Below are positions 21,060-31,622 of a stretch of DNA of 64,000 nt, one piece after another (within the stretch, counting starts at the first letter, position 1; every line of letters starts with the position of its first letter). This DNA comes from an uncultured bacterium (GTDB taxonomy: Bacteria > Chloroflexota > UBA5177 > JANWHV01). Where the stretch lies: contig CAVSOU010000017.1 of assembly GCA_963729625.1 (NCBI GenBank), forward strand, positions 256,001 through 320,000. The letters are read 5' to 3'. A program made the translations under genes and the position numbers. Under the pieces are notes generated by a model, which saw nothing but the letters and a program-made list of their open reading frames with translations, had not been told where the DNA came from and searched no databases.

Positions 21060-22013
21060 ATGCGACTACTGAACTTTATCATCAAGCGGCTGATCGCCAC
21101 GGTGTTCATCCTGATCGGCGTGGCGGCCGTCACCTTCTTCTTGGTGCGGCTCGCGCCCGGCGATCCGGTCAAGCAGATGCTCGGCCAGCACGCCGGGGAC
21201 GTCGCTACCTACACCCGGATCGCGCACCAGATGGGATTCGATCAGCCTCTCTGGCGCCAATTTGTGACCTACGTGTGGAATGCCGTGCACGGGAATCTCG
21301 GCAGCTCTGTAAACCAGTTGGGTGTGCCCGTCACCACGATCATTGGACAGGGATTGCCGGTCACCCTCGAGCTCGGCGGCCTCGCCACCCTGATTGCGCT
21401 CCTGTTCGGCATCCCGCTCGGTGTCCTGGCTGCCGTGCGCCACAACCGGCTGATGAGCGACAACGTGAACATGGGCATCATGATGACCCTCTACTCGCTG
21501 CCGCCGTTCGTGATCATTCCTATCGTGTGGCTGGTGTTCGGAATCCTGCTCAAGGGCACGATCTTGCATCTGCCGGTCACCGGCTGGGATGGGATCGGCG
21601 ATCCCCAGTATTGGCTGGCACCCGCCTTCGTGTTTGCTGCCGGCTTGGCAGGCTTTTTCGCCCGATCGATGCGCAGCTTCATGCTCGAGGAGTTGACCAA
21701 GGACTATATTCGCACCGCCCGCGCCAAGGGCATGCCCGAGCGTACCGTGATCTACGTCCACGCGCTCAAGAATACCCTCCTGCCGTTTGCTTCGGTCTTG
21801 GGCCCCACGGTCGCGTTTCTCGTCGTCGGCGCTTTCATCATCGAGAATGAATTCGGCATCCCCGGTATCGCACAGATTACTGTGCAATCCACGCTTTCCG
21901 ACGATTACTCAGTCACCCTGGGCACCACCCTGATCCTGGCCACGGCCGTGGTGATTGCCAATGCGCTCACCGACATCTTCTATACGATTGTCGATCCGCG
22001 AGTGAGTCTGTAA
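21060..22013 (+). CDS. Peptide ABC transporter permease (OppB)
   Basis: FIIKRL, APGDP, DYIRTARAKG, VDPRV. Confidence 0.92.
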   Translation: MRLLNFIIKRLIATVFILIGVAAVTFFLVRLAPGDPVKQMLGQHAGDVATYTRIAHQMGFDQPLWRQFVTYVWNAVHGNLGSSVNQLGVPVTTIIGQGLPVTLELGGLATLIALLFGIPLGVLAAVRHNRLMSDNVNMGIMMTLYSLPPFVIIPIVWLVFGILLKGTILHLPVTGWDGIGDPQYWLAPAFVFAAGLAGFFARSMRSFMLEELTKDYIRTARAKGMPERTVIYVHALKNTLLPFASVLGPTVAFLVVGAFIIENEFGIPGIAQITVQSTLSDDYSVTLGTTLILATAVVIANALTDIFYTIVDPRVSL

Positions 22014-23000
22014 ATGCCCGCCTACGAAGATGCGACTCGCGCCGAGACGCCCAGCGTCGCGGCCTTGACGTCTTCAGGGCCGGGAGGATCGCGCGCGCCG
22101 CTTGCCGTGGAGGTCGAGGAGCTGAAGCCCGTCTCCCTGACGCGCCAGGCTGTGTGGCGCTTCATGGATAATCGCCTGGCCGTGGTCAGCCTGGTCGTCC
22201 TGGTCGTCCTGGCGCTGCTCGCGCTGCTAGCCAACTTCCTGCCGCTGATCGATCCCACAATCAATGATCCCTTCAACCAGGATTCCTTCCCCTCACACCT
22301 GCACCTGCTGGGGACCGACTCATCAGGACACGACATGCTCAGCGCGATCATCTTCGGCCTCCGCCCCGCCCTTGCCGTGGGCATCATCGGCCAGGTAATC
22401 GCCACAATAATCGGTGTGGCGATCGGCGTGGTGGCCGGGTATTTTGGCGGCTGGGTCGATGCCCTGCTATCGCGCTTTACGGATCTCGTCTTTGCCCTGC
22501 CCACATTTCTCCTGGCCTTCCTCACGGTGGCGGTACTGGGTCCCAGCTGGGATAACCTGTTTGGCGGCACCGGCCGCATCGTTCTGATCACTATCGTGTT
22601 TGGCTTCGTGGGCTGGCCGCCGTTGATGCGCTTCGTGCGCGCGTTGGCGCTGTCGATGAAGGAGCAGCAGTTTGTCGAGGCCGCGCACAGCGTCGGCACC
22701 TCGCCCTTGAAGATCATCATCCGGCACATTCTGCCCAATACCTGGGGCCTGGTGCTCGTGCAGGCCACCTTTGGCATCGGCAACTTCATCTACAACGAGA
22801 CAACGCTCTCCCTGCTGGGCCTGGGTGTTCAACCCCCCAATCCGGATCTGGGCTCGCTTGTCTCTATCGGAGCGGAGCACATCAATATCAACTGGATGGA
22901 ATCGATCGTCCCGGCGGCGATACTGGCCGTACTGGTGGTCGGATTTGCTTTCCTGGGCGACGGCTTGCGTGACGCCGTGGATCCGCGTGCGAGTGAGTGA
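22014..23000 (+). CDS. Peptide ABC transporter permease (OppC)
   Basis: HLLGTD, FVEAAHSVG, GDGLRDAVDP. Confidence 0.92.
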   Translation: MPAYEDATRAETPSVAALTSSGPGGSRAPLAVEVEELKPVSLTRQAVWRFMDNRLAVVSLVVLVVLALLALLANFLPLIDPTINDPFNQDSFPSHLHLLGTDSSGHDMLSAIIFGLRPALAVGIIGQVIATIIGVAIGVVAGYFGGWVDALLSRFTDLVFALPTFLLAFLTVAVLGPSWDNLFGGTGRIVLITIVFGFVGWPPLMRFVRALALSMKEQQFVEAAHSVGTSPLKIIIRHILPNTWGLVLVQATFGIGNFIYNETTLSLLGLGVQPPNPDLGSLVSIGAEHININWMESIVPAAILAVLVVGFAFLGDGLRDAVDPRASE

Positions 23001-23001
23001 G

Positions 23002-24045
23002 ATGACGGTGCAAGCAGGTATGGCCAATCCGATAGCGCGTGGACAGGAAATGCTGCTGAGCGTGCACGATCTGCGCACCTACTTCCATACGCGTGCCGGC
23101 ATCGTGAAGGCAGTCGACGGGGTGAGCTTCGAGCTGCGACGGGGCGAGGCATTGGGTATTGTGGGCGAGTCGGGATCGGGCAAGACGGTCACCGCGCTCT
23201 CGATCATGCGCCTGATCCCCGATCCGCCCGGGCACATCGCCGGCGGCCGCATCACCTTCGACGGCCGCGACATGCTCGCGCTCAGCGCACGGGAGTTGCA
23301 GCGGATGCGCGGCAGCGTGATGGCCATGATCTTCCAGGACCCCATGACGTCGCTCAACCCGGTCCTCAGCATCGGCTACCAGCTGAAGGAGACGCTCAAG
23401 CGGCATCAGAAGATAACAGGCAGCCTGGCGAACCTGCGCGCCGCGGAATTGCTCGATCGGGTCGGCATTCCGGCACCGAGCAAGCGGCTGAAGGATTATC
23501 CGCATAACTTCTCCGGAGGCATGCGACAGCGCGTGGTGATCGCGATGGCCCTGGCCTGCAATCCAAAGCTGATCATCGCCGACGAGCCGACCACGGCGCT
23601 TGACGTGACGATCCAGGCGCAGATTCTCGACCTTTTGCGAGGCCTCCGCAAGGATTTCGACACCTCGATCCTGCTGATCACCCATGATCTCGGCGTGGTG
23701 GCTCGACTCTGCGACCGCATCGTGGTCATGTATGGCGGCAAAGTGCTGGAGACCGGCACCGCGGTGGAAACATTCAAGCATGCCAACCAGCCCTACACCG
23801 AAGGCCTACTCAACTCCATTCCGCGCCTCGACCGGACGCGGGGCGAACCCTTGACCTCTATTCCCGGCAACCCACCGAACATGCTGGCCCCGCCGCGAGG
23901 TTGCCCCTTCGCGCCGCGTTGCCAGTACGTGCTCGAGCGCTGCATCAAGGAGATGCCTTCGCCAGAGGCGGTCTCGGGCAGTGCCACGCACTTCTCCGCT
24001 TGCTGGGCCACCAACCCACCACGCTCGGGCTCAGGGGACATTTAG
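23002..24045 (+). CDS. Peptide ABC transporter ATPase (OppD)
   Basis: [24 protein letters not shown]-terminal GCPFAPRC. Confidence 0.93.
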   Translation: MTVQAGMANPIARGQEMLLSVHDLRTYFHTRAGIVKAVDGVSFELRRGEALGIVGESGSGKTVTALSIMRLIPDPPGHIAGGRITFDGRDMLALSARELQRMRGSVMAMIFQDPMTSLNPVLSIGYQLKETLKRHQKITGSLANLRAAELLDRVGIPAPSKRLKDYPHNFSGGMRQRVVIAMALACNPKLIIADEPTTALDVTIQAQILDLLRGLRKDFDTSILLITHDLGVVARLCDRIVVMYGGKVLETGTAVETFKHANQPYTEGLLNSIPRLDRTRGEPLTSIPGNPPNMLAPPRGCPFAPRCQYVLERCIKEMPSPEAVSGSATHFSACWATNPPRSGSGDI

Positions 24046-25098
24046 ATGAACGCCTCCGAGAATCGATCGCGGGCTTCTACCGACCAGGACGATGTGCTCG
24101 TGCAGATCGATGACCTTCGGGTCCACTTTCCCATTCGAGGCGGCTTTCTGGGTCGCCAGTCGGGCGTCGTGCAGGCGGTCGACGGCGTGAATCTGCAGAT
24201 TCGCCGGGGCGAGACGCTGGGTCTGGTGGGTGAGTCGGGCTGCGGAAAGTCGACGTTGAGCCGCGCGGTGCTTCAACTGATCAAGCCTACCGGCGGCAGG
24301 GTGATCCTCGACGGACGGGAGCTGACCGGGCTGTCCCGTGAACGACTGCGGCCGATGCGACGGCGGATGCAGATGATATTTCAGGATCCCTATAGCTCGC
24401 TCAACGGCCGGATGACCGTGGCCGAGATCGTCGCAGAGCCCTTGAAGAACTACCATGTCACCAATCGCTCGGCACGCACGCGCGCTGTGCGCGAATTGCT
24501 CACGATGGTCGGGCTCAGCGACTATCACATGAACCGGTATCCGCATCAATTCAGCGGTGGCCAGCGCCAGCGTATCGGAATCGCCCGTGCGCTGGCCTTG
24601 CGGCCCGACTTCGTAATCTGCGACGAGCCGGTCAGTGCCCTGGATGTCTCGATCCAGGCACAGATACTCAACCTCTTGGAGCAGCTGCAGCGCGATCTCA
24701 AGCTCACGTACCTGTTTATCGCGCACAATTTAGGCGTCGTGCGCCACATCAGCGATCGTGTTGCGGTGATGTATTTGGGTGAGTTGGTCGAGATCGGGAC
24801 GGGAGACGAGCTTTTCCTTCAGCCGCTGCATCCATACACGCGTGCGCTGCTCTCCGCTATTCCCGTGCCCGATCCGGAGCTTGAGCAACAGCGGCAGCGC
24901 ATCGTGCTGCAAGGCGACGTCCCCAGTCCCGCCGCACCGCCCAGCGGCTGCCGCTTCCACACCCGTTGCTCCATCGCGCGACCCGAATGTGCTGAACGCC
25001 GCCCGTCCCTGCAGGGTCAGCAGCACAAGGTAGCGTGCTGGGCCGTAAGCGGACTCGAGAGTGTAGCACCGTGGGCAGCCTGGACTGTAAGCCCTTAG
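24046..25098 (+). CDS. Peptide ABC transporter ATPase (OppF)
   Basis: [31 protein letters not shown]. Confidence 0.93.
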   Translation: MNASENRSRASTDQDDVLVQIDDLRVHFPIRGGFLGRQSGVVQAVDGVNLQIRRGETLGLVGESGCGKSTLSRAVLQLIKPTGGRVILDGRELTGLSRERLRPMRRRMQMIFQDPYSSLNGRMTVAEIVAEPLKNYHVTNRSARTRAVRELLTMVGLSDYHMNRYPHQFSGGQRQRIGIARALALRPDFVICDEPVSALDVSIQAQILNLLEQLQRDLKLTYLFIAHNLGVVRHISDRVAVMYLGELVEIGTGDELFLQPLHPYTRALLSAIPVPDPELEQQRQRIVLQGDVPSPAAPPSGCRFHTRCSIARPECAERRPSLQGQQHKVACWAVSGLESVAPWAAWTVSP

Positions 25099-25156
25099 GG
25101 TCACCTATTAATCCGGCTGCTCGTATCCGGGCAAGTCACCCGTAGCACGTATCTCG

Positions 25157-25636
25157 CTATCGTGTGGGCGAGAGCTGAAGCTCAAGGTAGCTGGCGTCCG
25201 GGTGAGGATTGGCGGTATAGGCGGAAATCTCGCGGAAGCCAAGTGCGCCATAGAGGTGGTACGCCTCCGGCATGCGACCGGTCATCGTGTCCAGGCGCAT
25301 CGCAGCATAGCCGGAGTCCCTTGCGCTATCGATCAGTTGCTCCGCCAATAGGCGCCCAATGCGCTTGCCACGAAAAGCCTGCCGCACATACAGGCGCTTC
25401 ATCTCGCAGATACCCGGTTCGAGCGGGCGGAAAGCGCCGCATCCGGCCGGGAGGCCGTCACTGCGGGCCAGAAGCAGCCGTCCGGCAGGAGGTGCGTACC
25501 TGCCGGGAAGCATCGCCAGCTCTCGATCGAAGTCCTGATAGGCGAGCGAGAACCCGAGCCAGACGGCGTATTCTTCGAATAGCTCGCGGACAAGGACGAT
25601 GTCCTCGCGGGAGGAGGCCAGGGAGATGTCAATCAT
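25157..25636 (-). CDS. GNAT family N-acetyltransferase
   Basis: CEMKRLYVRQAFRGKRIG, MRLDT, LYGALGF. Confidence 0.88.
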   Translation of the reverse strand: MIDISLASSREDIVLVRELFEEYAVWLGFSLAYQDFDRELAMLPGRYAPPAGRLLLARSDGLPAGCGAFRPLEPGICEMKRLYVRQAFRGKRIGRLLAEQLIDSARDSGYAAMRLDTMTGRMPEAYHLYGALGFREISAYTANPHPDASYLELQLSPTR

Positions 25637-25655
25637 CCGCTGATCAGAGGCCCGA

Positions 25656-26828
25656 TCAGCCGGGTCGTGGGGTTGGAGTGGATCGCGCGGGCTTGGCGCC
25701 GAGGTGTCCGCCGAAGAGCGGCGAAGCGACGACGGTGCGGAAGGCCGCGAGCGCCGTCTTGGACGTGTAGACGCGCCAGTCCCCCTTGGCTTTGGCCTCA
25801 AACCATATCACGGCGCGGATGCGCGGCATCAGGCTCGGCAATTCGTGCAGGAACCCCTGACGGATCCAGTTTGCCTTGCTGCCGCCTCGCTCCACCGATC
25901 CGGTTTCGGCGATCATCAGGGGCCGCCGCGTGAAGGCCGTGACTTCAGCGTAGGAAGCGCCAAAGACCTGGTACAGCGACTGCCAGGTGTGCCCCGGGCT
26001 GCTGCCCCAGTTGTAGCCGTCCAGCGCCACCCAGTCGACATACGCGTCGCCGGGATAGTCGAGAATGTCAGGTGTGGCGCCGGGATATGTGATGTTGGCG
26101 CACCAGACCCATTTCACGTTCTTCACACCCAGGCTGGTAAAGATGCCGTGCACGTGGCGCCATGCCGCGACGAAGTCGGCCGGCGTATTCTTATTCGGAT
26201 TGCCAACCGTCGTGCCCCAGCTATACCAGTTGCCGTTCATCTCTTCGCCGAATCGCAGGAAGAACACGTAGCCCCAGGCCTTCGCCGCATTGGCAAAGCG
26301 ACGAATATAGGTGTCAAACGCACCGTGCGCGATCGCGCTCAGCTTGTATTGCGGCTGGGAGAGACCGAGCTCATAGTTCTCGGGTTGCCAGGTCCACATC
26401 GGGATACTGCCCCGGAGGCGGACGCTATCCATCACCTTGGGGTCGAAATCAGCGAAATGCACCCAGTCACTGCCGACGTTGACGATCGCGGGCATGCGTC
26501 CTACCAGGTGCGCATATTGGTCCATGAGTGATGGATCGTTAGTGACGTACGTACCCTGCTCGCGAATGGTAGCGCCCAGCGCGATCGGTCCATCCGGCAC
26601 AGGCAGCTTAGCGGCGATCGGGGTCTGACTCAACGCGGGCGCCACGCCGCTGCTGGCAGCGGGTTGATCTGCCAACCTGGTCAACGTGATTACTGGCACC
26701 GCTATGGCGATGACGAGCAGTGCCAAGAGTGCACTCTCCCACCAGATTCTCTTGAGCCGGGCATGAGGGACGACGTCAGCGGTCACCGCAGTTGGGGGAG
26801 GCATCGGGGTACACATCCTGTCAGTCAA
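25656..26828 (-). CDS. Membrane-anchored glycoside hydrolase family 26
   Basis: N-terminal TM; LRFGEEMNGNWYSW, YPGDAYVDWVALDGYN, IAETG. Confidence 0.88.
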   Translation of the reverse strand: MTDRMCTPMPPPTAVTADVVPHARLKRIWWESALLALLVIAIAVPVITLTRLADQPAASSGVAPALSQTPIAAKLPVPDGPIALGATIREQGTYVTNDPSLMDQYAHLVGRMPAIVNVGSDWVHFADFDPKVMDSVRLRGSIPMWTWQPENYELGLSQPQYKLSAIAHGAFDTYIRRFANAAKAWGYVFFLRFGEEMNGNWYSWGTTVGNPNKNTPADFVAAWRHVHGIFTSLGVKNVKWVWCANITYPGATPDILDYPGDAYVDWVALDGYNWGSSPGHTWQSLYQVFGASYAEVTAFTRRPLMIAETGSVERGGSKANWIRQGFLHELPSLMPRIRAVIWFEAKAKGDWRVYTSKTALAAFRTVVASPLFGGHLGAKPARSTPTPRPG

Positions 26829-27212
26829 GCAAAGCGTGCTGGTCCACGTGCTTCTATCCTACCTAGACTGCGAGAGTTTCGCTACCCCCCCGGAGGGCGT
26901 GCCGCTCGGCATGGGGCGCAACTGGCTCACACACTTGGGCTAGCCCTTTCGTCCTATTGCAAAGACAAGAAACGACCAATTGACTATTGCACCCCGTGCT
27001 GCACGCAGAACAGTGCCATCAGTTACCCGGATGGTTACCCATAGTTGCTATCCAAACTGGGCATCCAGAATAGGTGATTGGCTGGCTTCCAAAACTCGTT
27101 CACAGTACGACTGTGGCTTTACGGCAGTGTGTTCGACGGGCTGATCACCCGGTTACATGCGGTGCTCGTGGCCGACCACTCGGACTAGGCAGTATTGGAA
27201 GGCAAATCCGAC

Positions 27213-29153
27213 ATGCTATTCATGAAGTCTCACGGTAGCTTGCGGCTGGCACTCAGTGCGGCCCTCGTCGCGGGGAGCGTCGTCGCCGCAGCGCTACCGC
27301 AGGGATTCGCCGCTCGGGCGAGTTCCAGCGCGGCATCAGCGCAGATTGGGGAGAGTTCGCCACTCACCTTGTCCTCGACCACCGTATCAACCGGCGGCCA
27401 AGTCACGGCGACAGTCACGCTGCAGAACCAAGGCAGTGCCTCGATTGCGCTGACCGGCATCGTGTTCGCGACACGCACGCCCAGCGGCAGCAACGCCGAT
27501 TTCGGGGGCAAGTGGGCGACGACAACCCTCGCTGCCAGCCAGACAATCTCGCTTCAAGCGAGTCGAACATTCAGCTCCTCCGATCCTCTCGGCGTATGGA
27601 CGACCCACGCCAGCTATCGCACCAGTGACGGTGTATGGCACGATCTGGCGCCCACGTTGTCGCTAACAGTAGGCGCTCTGTCGGCGGCCGCGGTCCCGAC
27701 GCAGCCTGCGCCGACTGCCACGCAACCGGCGCCGACCGCCACACAGCCTGCGCCGACCGCGACTACTTCGGCGACGGCCCAAGTAGTGGAAAGCTCGCTG
27801 CTCAGCCTTGGCACGACAGCCGTGACCATCGGCGGTAACGTGAATGCAACGGTTACGCTGAAGAATCAGGGAGATGCATCGATCGTGTTGACAGGCATCG
27901 TGTTTGCGACGCGCACACCCAGTGGCAGCAACGCCGATTTCGGCGGCAACTGGGCGACCACGACGCTCGCTCCCAACCAGACTGTCTCGTTGCAGGCGAG
28001 CCGAACCTTCAGCAGCTCCGATCCGGTGGGCGCCTGGACGGTTGTCACCAGCTATCGCACGACTGACAACGTATGGCACGATGTTGCGCCTACACAGTCG
28101 CTCACGGTAAGCGCTCTCGCCTCAACCGCAATCGCGACACAGCCGACCGCCACGGCTACGAATCCGGCGCCACAGGCCACGGCTACAAAACCGGCGCCGA
28201 CGGCTACCGCGACGCAGCCAGCGGCCACCAAGCAGGCGCCCACCACGATCCAGCCGTCGCCTACGACCGCGGCCATTCCTTCCTCCGGCAACACCATCGC
28301 GCTTGGCGCCACGATTCACGACAACGGACTCTGGGTGGGTCCCGGTACCGGTTTGCTCGAGTCGTACGCCAACATGGTCGGCGGCATGCCCGCGATCGTG
28401 AACGCGGGCGGCGGTTCCGCCCTGAACGTTAACTTCGATCCCAATCTCGGGAACTACCTTATCAACAGCGGCACAGCGTTCATGTGGACCATGATGCCGT
28501 CGAGCACCGATGCGGCGGTTGTCAGCGGCACCTACGACAGCTACCTGCGTACGTTCGCCCAGGCGGTCAAGACATGGGGACAACCTTTCTACTTGCGCTT
28601 CGCTCATGAGGCTAACGGCAACTGGTATCCCTACGGCACCCAGGGTAGCCCCAGCGGGGATAGCCCGGCAGACTACGTCGCTATGTGGAAGCACGTGCAT
28701 GACATCTTCACCAGCGTTGGCGCCACGAACGTCCGCTGGGTGTGGTGCATGAACGTCACTGGAAGCGGCATGACTCCGTTCTCCTCGCTCTACCCGGGCG
28801 ATAACTACGTCGATTGGGTTGCGCTCGACGGGTATAACTGGGGCGGCAATCCAGGTCACACCTGGCAGTCGTTCTCCAGCGTGTTCGGCACCTCGTACCA
28901 GCAGATCACGGCGGTGACGAGCAAACCCTTGATGATTACGGAGACAGGCTCAGCTGAAGAGGGCGGCAGCAAGGCGGACTGGATCACGCAAGGCCTCCTG
29001 ACGACCATGCCGCAGTCATTCCCACGCATCAAGGCCCTGATGTGGTTCGATTGGGCCATGGAGCACGACTGGCGCGTCAATTCCTCCTCTGCGTCGCTGG
29101 CAGCCTTCAAGTCCGTGGTTGCCTCTCCGACATACAGCGGTTCGATGTCCTGA
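27213..29153 (+). CDS. Secreted GH26 with two tandem Ig-like domains and Pro/Thr linkers
   Basis: Signal peptide; duplicated ~110-aa domain (TVTLxNQG..GIVFATRTPSGSNADFGG); RFAHEANGNWYP, YPGDNYVDWVALDGYN, ITETG. Confidence 0.88.
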   Translation: MLFMKSHGSLRLALSAALVAGSVVAAALPQGFAARASSSAASAQIGESSPLTLSSTTVSTGGQVTATVTLQNQGSASIALTGIVFATRTPSGSNADFGGKWATTTLAASQTISLQASRTFSSSDPLGVWTTHASYRTSDGVWHDLAPTLSLTVGALSAAAVPTQPAPTATQPAPTATQPAPTATTSATAQVVESSLLSLGTTAVTIGGNVNATVTLKNQGDASIVLTGIVFATRTPSGSNADFGGNWATTTLAPNQTVSLQASRTFSSSDPVGAWTVVTSYRTTDNVWHDVAPTQSLTVSALASTAIATQPTATATNPAPQATATKPAPTATATQPAATKQAPTTIQPSPTTAAIPSSGNTIALGATIHDNGLWVGPGTGLLESYANMVGGMPAIVNAGGGSALNVNFDPNLGNYLINSGTAFMWTMMPSSTDAAVVSGTYDSYLRTFAQAVKTWGQPFYLRFAHEANGNWYPYGTQGSPSGDSPADYVAMWKHVHDIFTSVGATNVRWVWCMNVTGSGMTPFSSLYPGDNYVDWVALDGYNWGGNPGHTWQSFSSVFGTSYQQITAVTSKPLMITETGSAEEGGSKADWITQGLLTTMPQSFPRIKALMWFDWAMEHDWRVNSSSASLAAFKSVVASPTYSGSMS

Positions 29154-29272
29154 GGGAACGGTTAGCCTCTGATCCCGGGCTGCCCGAGCGCGGCGCGCGC
29201 ACGGTTGGCTGACGGCAGCACAGTGCTTGGGGGACCATCGCGGGACCGGCGACGATGCCGGTCCCGCGCCGT

Positions 29273-30367
29273 TTACCCATTTGTCACATAACGAAACACG
29301 CCGAACTGCGTTGCGGCGAGCAAGGCGGGACTGGGGCCTGATGGATTTGCGGAGACTGCCAGGGCCAGGACCGTGTTTTCTACACCGGTCAGTCCACGAC
29401 CGAATGGCAGCCAGGCCGCGCTTTCCTGCCTGACGTAGACGCCGTAGCCCATAGTTCCGGCATAGAGCACGGGCCGGCCATGATTGGCGAGCGTGACCAA
29501 GGGCATGGCATGCCGCTCCGGCAGGCCCAGGCTGATGTCGTGCCAGCGGCTACCTGCCGAACGTTCCCACACGCCACCGCCCATGGTCGTCAGGATGACT
29601 TGAGGCGGCTCCGTGTCGAGCGCGAGAAGCGCCTGGGTGGGCAGCACCGCGGGAAGGCCGTCGGTCGCCGCGCTCCACGTCCGGCCGGCGTCGTCGCTGG
29701 CTAGCAGCGAGGGTGATTCACCGAACACGCTTGCAAGGGCTTCGCGCGAGCCCTCCGGAAACCACAGGATAGAGGAAATTGAGGCATCTCCGGTGCTTGC
29801 GGCATGCTGCCACTGCCATCCGCGCGCGCCTCGAGCGCCGCGGTACAGCGCTCCCGTCGTCCCGGCCAGTACCACCGGCGGCGCTCGTGAGACGGCGAGA
29901 CTGTACACCGGACTTGTGCCGAGGATCGGGCTAACCGGCTGCCACGATAGGCTGCCCAGGAGATCGCGGCCCGTGTAGACCGTGCCCGTATCGTCGCCGG
30001 CGTAGAGGTCGGAACTATCGGAGGCCATAGCCAGCGCGGTAATGAGATGGCCACGCATGCCGGCGCGCACCCATTGCACGCCGCCATCGTGTGAGCTCCA
30101 CACGCCGTCGTCAGTACCTGCGAGCAGCATGACAGGGTGTGTGGGGTCTGCCAGCAGGACGTTGGTCTGGAGCCGCAGGCTTGTCGCCGTCCACAGGCCG
30201 CCGGGAAGCGGCCCTGCCCATGCCGCGTGCGTAGCCGGCCGAGACATTCGGCCGGCTACGTCAAGGACGAGCGCCACGGCCACGGCCGCGGCAGCAAGCA
30301 GGAGCAAGAGTCGCCGGTGCGGGATACCGGCCCGATCGCGGGCGCTGCCTCCGCTACTCGAGGGCAT
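29273..30367 (-). CDS. Membrane-anchored BNR/Asp-box beta-propeller protein
   Basis: N-terminal TM; SHDGGVQW, SDDAGRTW, repeated LYAGT/GVW blades. Confidence 0.7.
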   Translation of the reverse strand: MPSSSGGSARDRAGIPHRRLLLLLAAAAVAVALVLDVAGRMSRPATHAAWAGPLPGGLWTATSLRLQTNVLLADPTHPVMLLAGTDDGVWSSHDGGVQWVRAGMRGHLITALAMASDSSDLYAGDDTGTVYTGRDLLGSLSWQPVSPILGTSPVYSLAVSRAPPVVLAGTTGALYRGARGARGWQWQHAASTGDASISSILWFPEGSREALASVFGESPSLLASDDAGRTWSAATDGLPAVLPTQALLALDTEPPQVILTTMGGGVWERSAGSRWHDISLGLPERHAMPLVTLANHGRPVLYAGTMGYGVYVRQESAAWLPFGRGLTGVENTVLALAVSANPSGPSPALLAATQFGVFRYVTNG

Positions 30368-30382
30368 CTGCTATCCAGTACG

Positions 30383-31438
30383 TCAGGACGAGTACGTGAC
30401 CGAAGCAACCTTCGCGGTTGGTGACACGACGAACTTGTCCCACATACCGGCGAGCGCGTGTCCGGGAACGCCGCAAATCAGCATATACGTGCCGGCTTTA
30501 TTGGCAACAAACGAGAACGTGATCGGCGCATTTGTGCGAGGAGGGCCCCCGGCAGGCGTGCCTCCGGCGGCACCGGGTCGGAAGCGCGGGAAAGATGAGC
30601 GTGCGCCTGAGAACGCGGGGTTCACGCTGCGGCCCGGCGGCGTGGACATATACGGAATGACTACCACGTCGTGGGGCGTTCTCGAATTGTTCTTGAATGT
30701 AGCCATGACCGTAGATCCCAGCGGGACGGTCACTGTCATCTGGCCGTGCGCTCCGCCATTGAAGTTGAACCCGGCGTTCGCATTGTTCCATGCTGCCACG
30801 AGGGTGAGATCCACCACCTTACCCTTTGTGGTCACCCAGGTCGGCGCGTTGGCAGGAGGGGCTTCCGGCGAGGTTGCTGTTGTAGTACCGGCGGCATTAA
30901 ACGCTATACTCGCGGACTTGGCGGCAGAGGACACAACCAGCGTGTCCCACATGCCGGCCAGAGCATGCCCCGAGATGCCGCACGCGATCATATAGGTGCC
31001 GGCCTTGCTCGCCACGAATGAGAACGCCTCGGCTTTGGCCGCGCGCGCGCCAGGGGCGCTACCTGGACGGAACTGCGGCAACGGCGAAGCGGCGCCCGGG
31101 AACGCCGGCGTCACGGCGCTGCCTGGCGGATTCTTCTGGAAGGGAATGATCACCACGTCGTGCGGCGAGCCTGCCGCGTTGTTCATGAAGCTGGCTTCGA
31201 CCTTGTCTCCAAGCGGGACGGTGACGACCATCTGGCCGTGCGCCGCTCCGTTGAAGTTGAACCCCGCATTGACGTTATTCCAGCTTGCGATCAGCGTGAG
31301 GTGTACCACGGATCCTGCTGTGGTTACCCAGGTCGGCGTCTGAGTCGCCGCCCCCGCTCCTGCCGGGCCGACCGCGCCGGCGAGCATGACTCCCGCTATC
31401 AGCCCGCCCTGAATGCCGCGTATTCCTGTAGCCAACAT
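30383..31438 (-). CDS. Secreted protein with two tandem sulfocyanin-like blue copper domains
   Basis: Each domain has FNFNG..HG, PHDVV and C-x4-H-x4-M (CGISGHALAGMW, CGVPGHALAGMW); GGAGG RBS. Confidence 0.85.
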   Translation of the reverse strand: MLATGIRGIQGGLIAGVMLAGAVGPAGAGAATQTPTWVTTAGSVVHLTLIASWNNVNAGFNFNGAAHGQMVVTVPLGDKVEASFMNNAAGSPHDVVIIPFQKNPPGSAVTPAFPGAASPLPQFRPGSAPGARAAKAEAFSFVASKAGTYMIACGISGHALAGMWDTLVVSSAAKSASIAFNAAGTTTATSPEAPPANAPTWVTTKGKVVDLTLVAAWNNANAGFNFNGGAHGQMTVTVPLGSTVMATFKNNSRTPHDVVVIPYMSTPPGRSVNPAFSGARSSFPRFRPGAAGGTPAGGPPRTNAPITFSFVANKAGTYMLICGVPGHALAGMWDKFVVSPTAKVASVTYSS

Positions 31439-31563
31439 TCTTCTACAGTCCTCCACTCCCGTAACGGCCGGGCCCGTCGTGCGGTCGCGGCGAGAAAGCC
31501 GAACGCGCGCAACGACGGTCCTTGCCGCTCACTCCGTCTCATGTCACGGCCCACGCGGCGTGA

Positions 31564-31583
31564 CTACTACATAAGCGTAGTAG
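31564..31583. promoter_or_regulatory. Putative BlaI/CopY-type operator upstream of the sulfocyanin gene
   Basis: Perfect inverted repeat CTACTAC-ATAAGC-GTAGTAG, matching the site at 32536. Confidence 0.7.
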
Positions 31584-31622
31584 GATGTCAGGTAAGGATC
31601 AACGGTCCAAGCTGCGTTACAA

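Noticed and set aside
26829-27212. c-di-GMP riboswitch between the GH26 genes
   Set aside because: Only partial resemblance; neither class I nor class II consensus could be matched.
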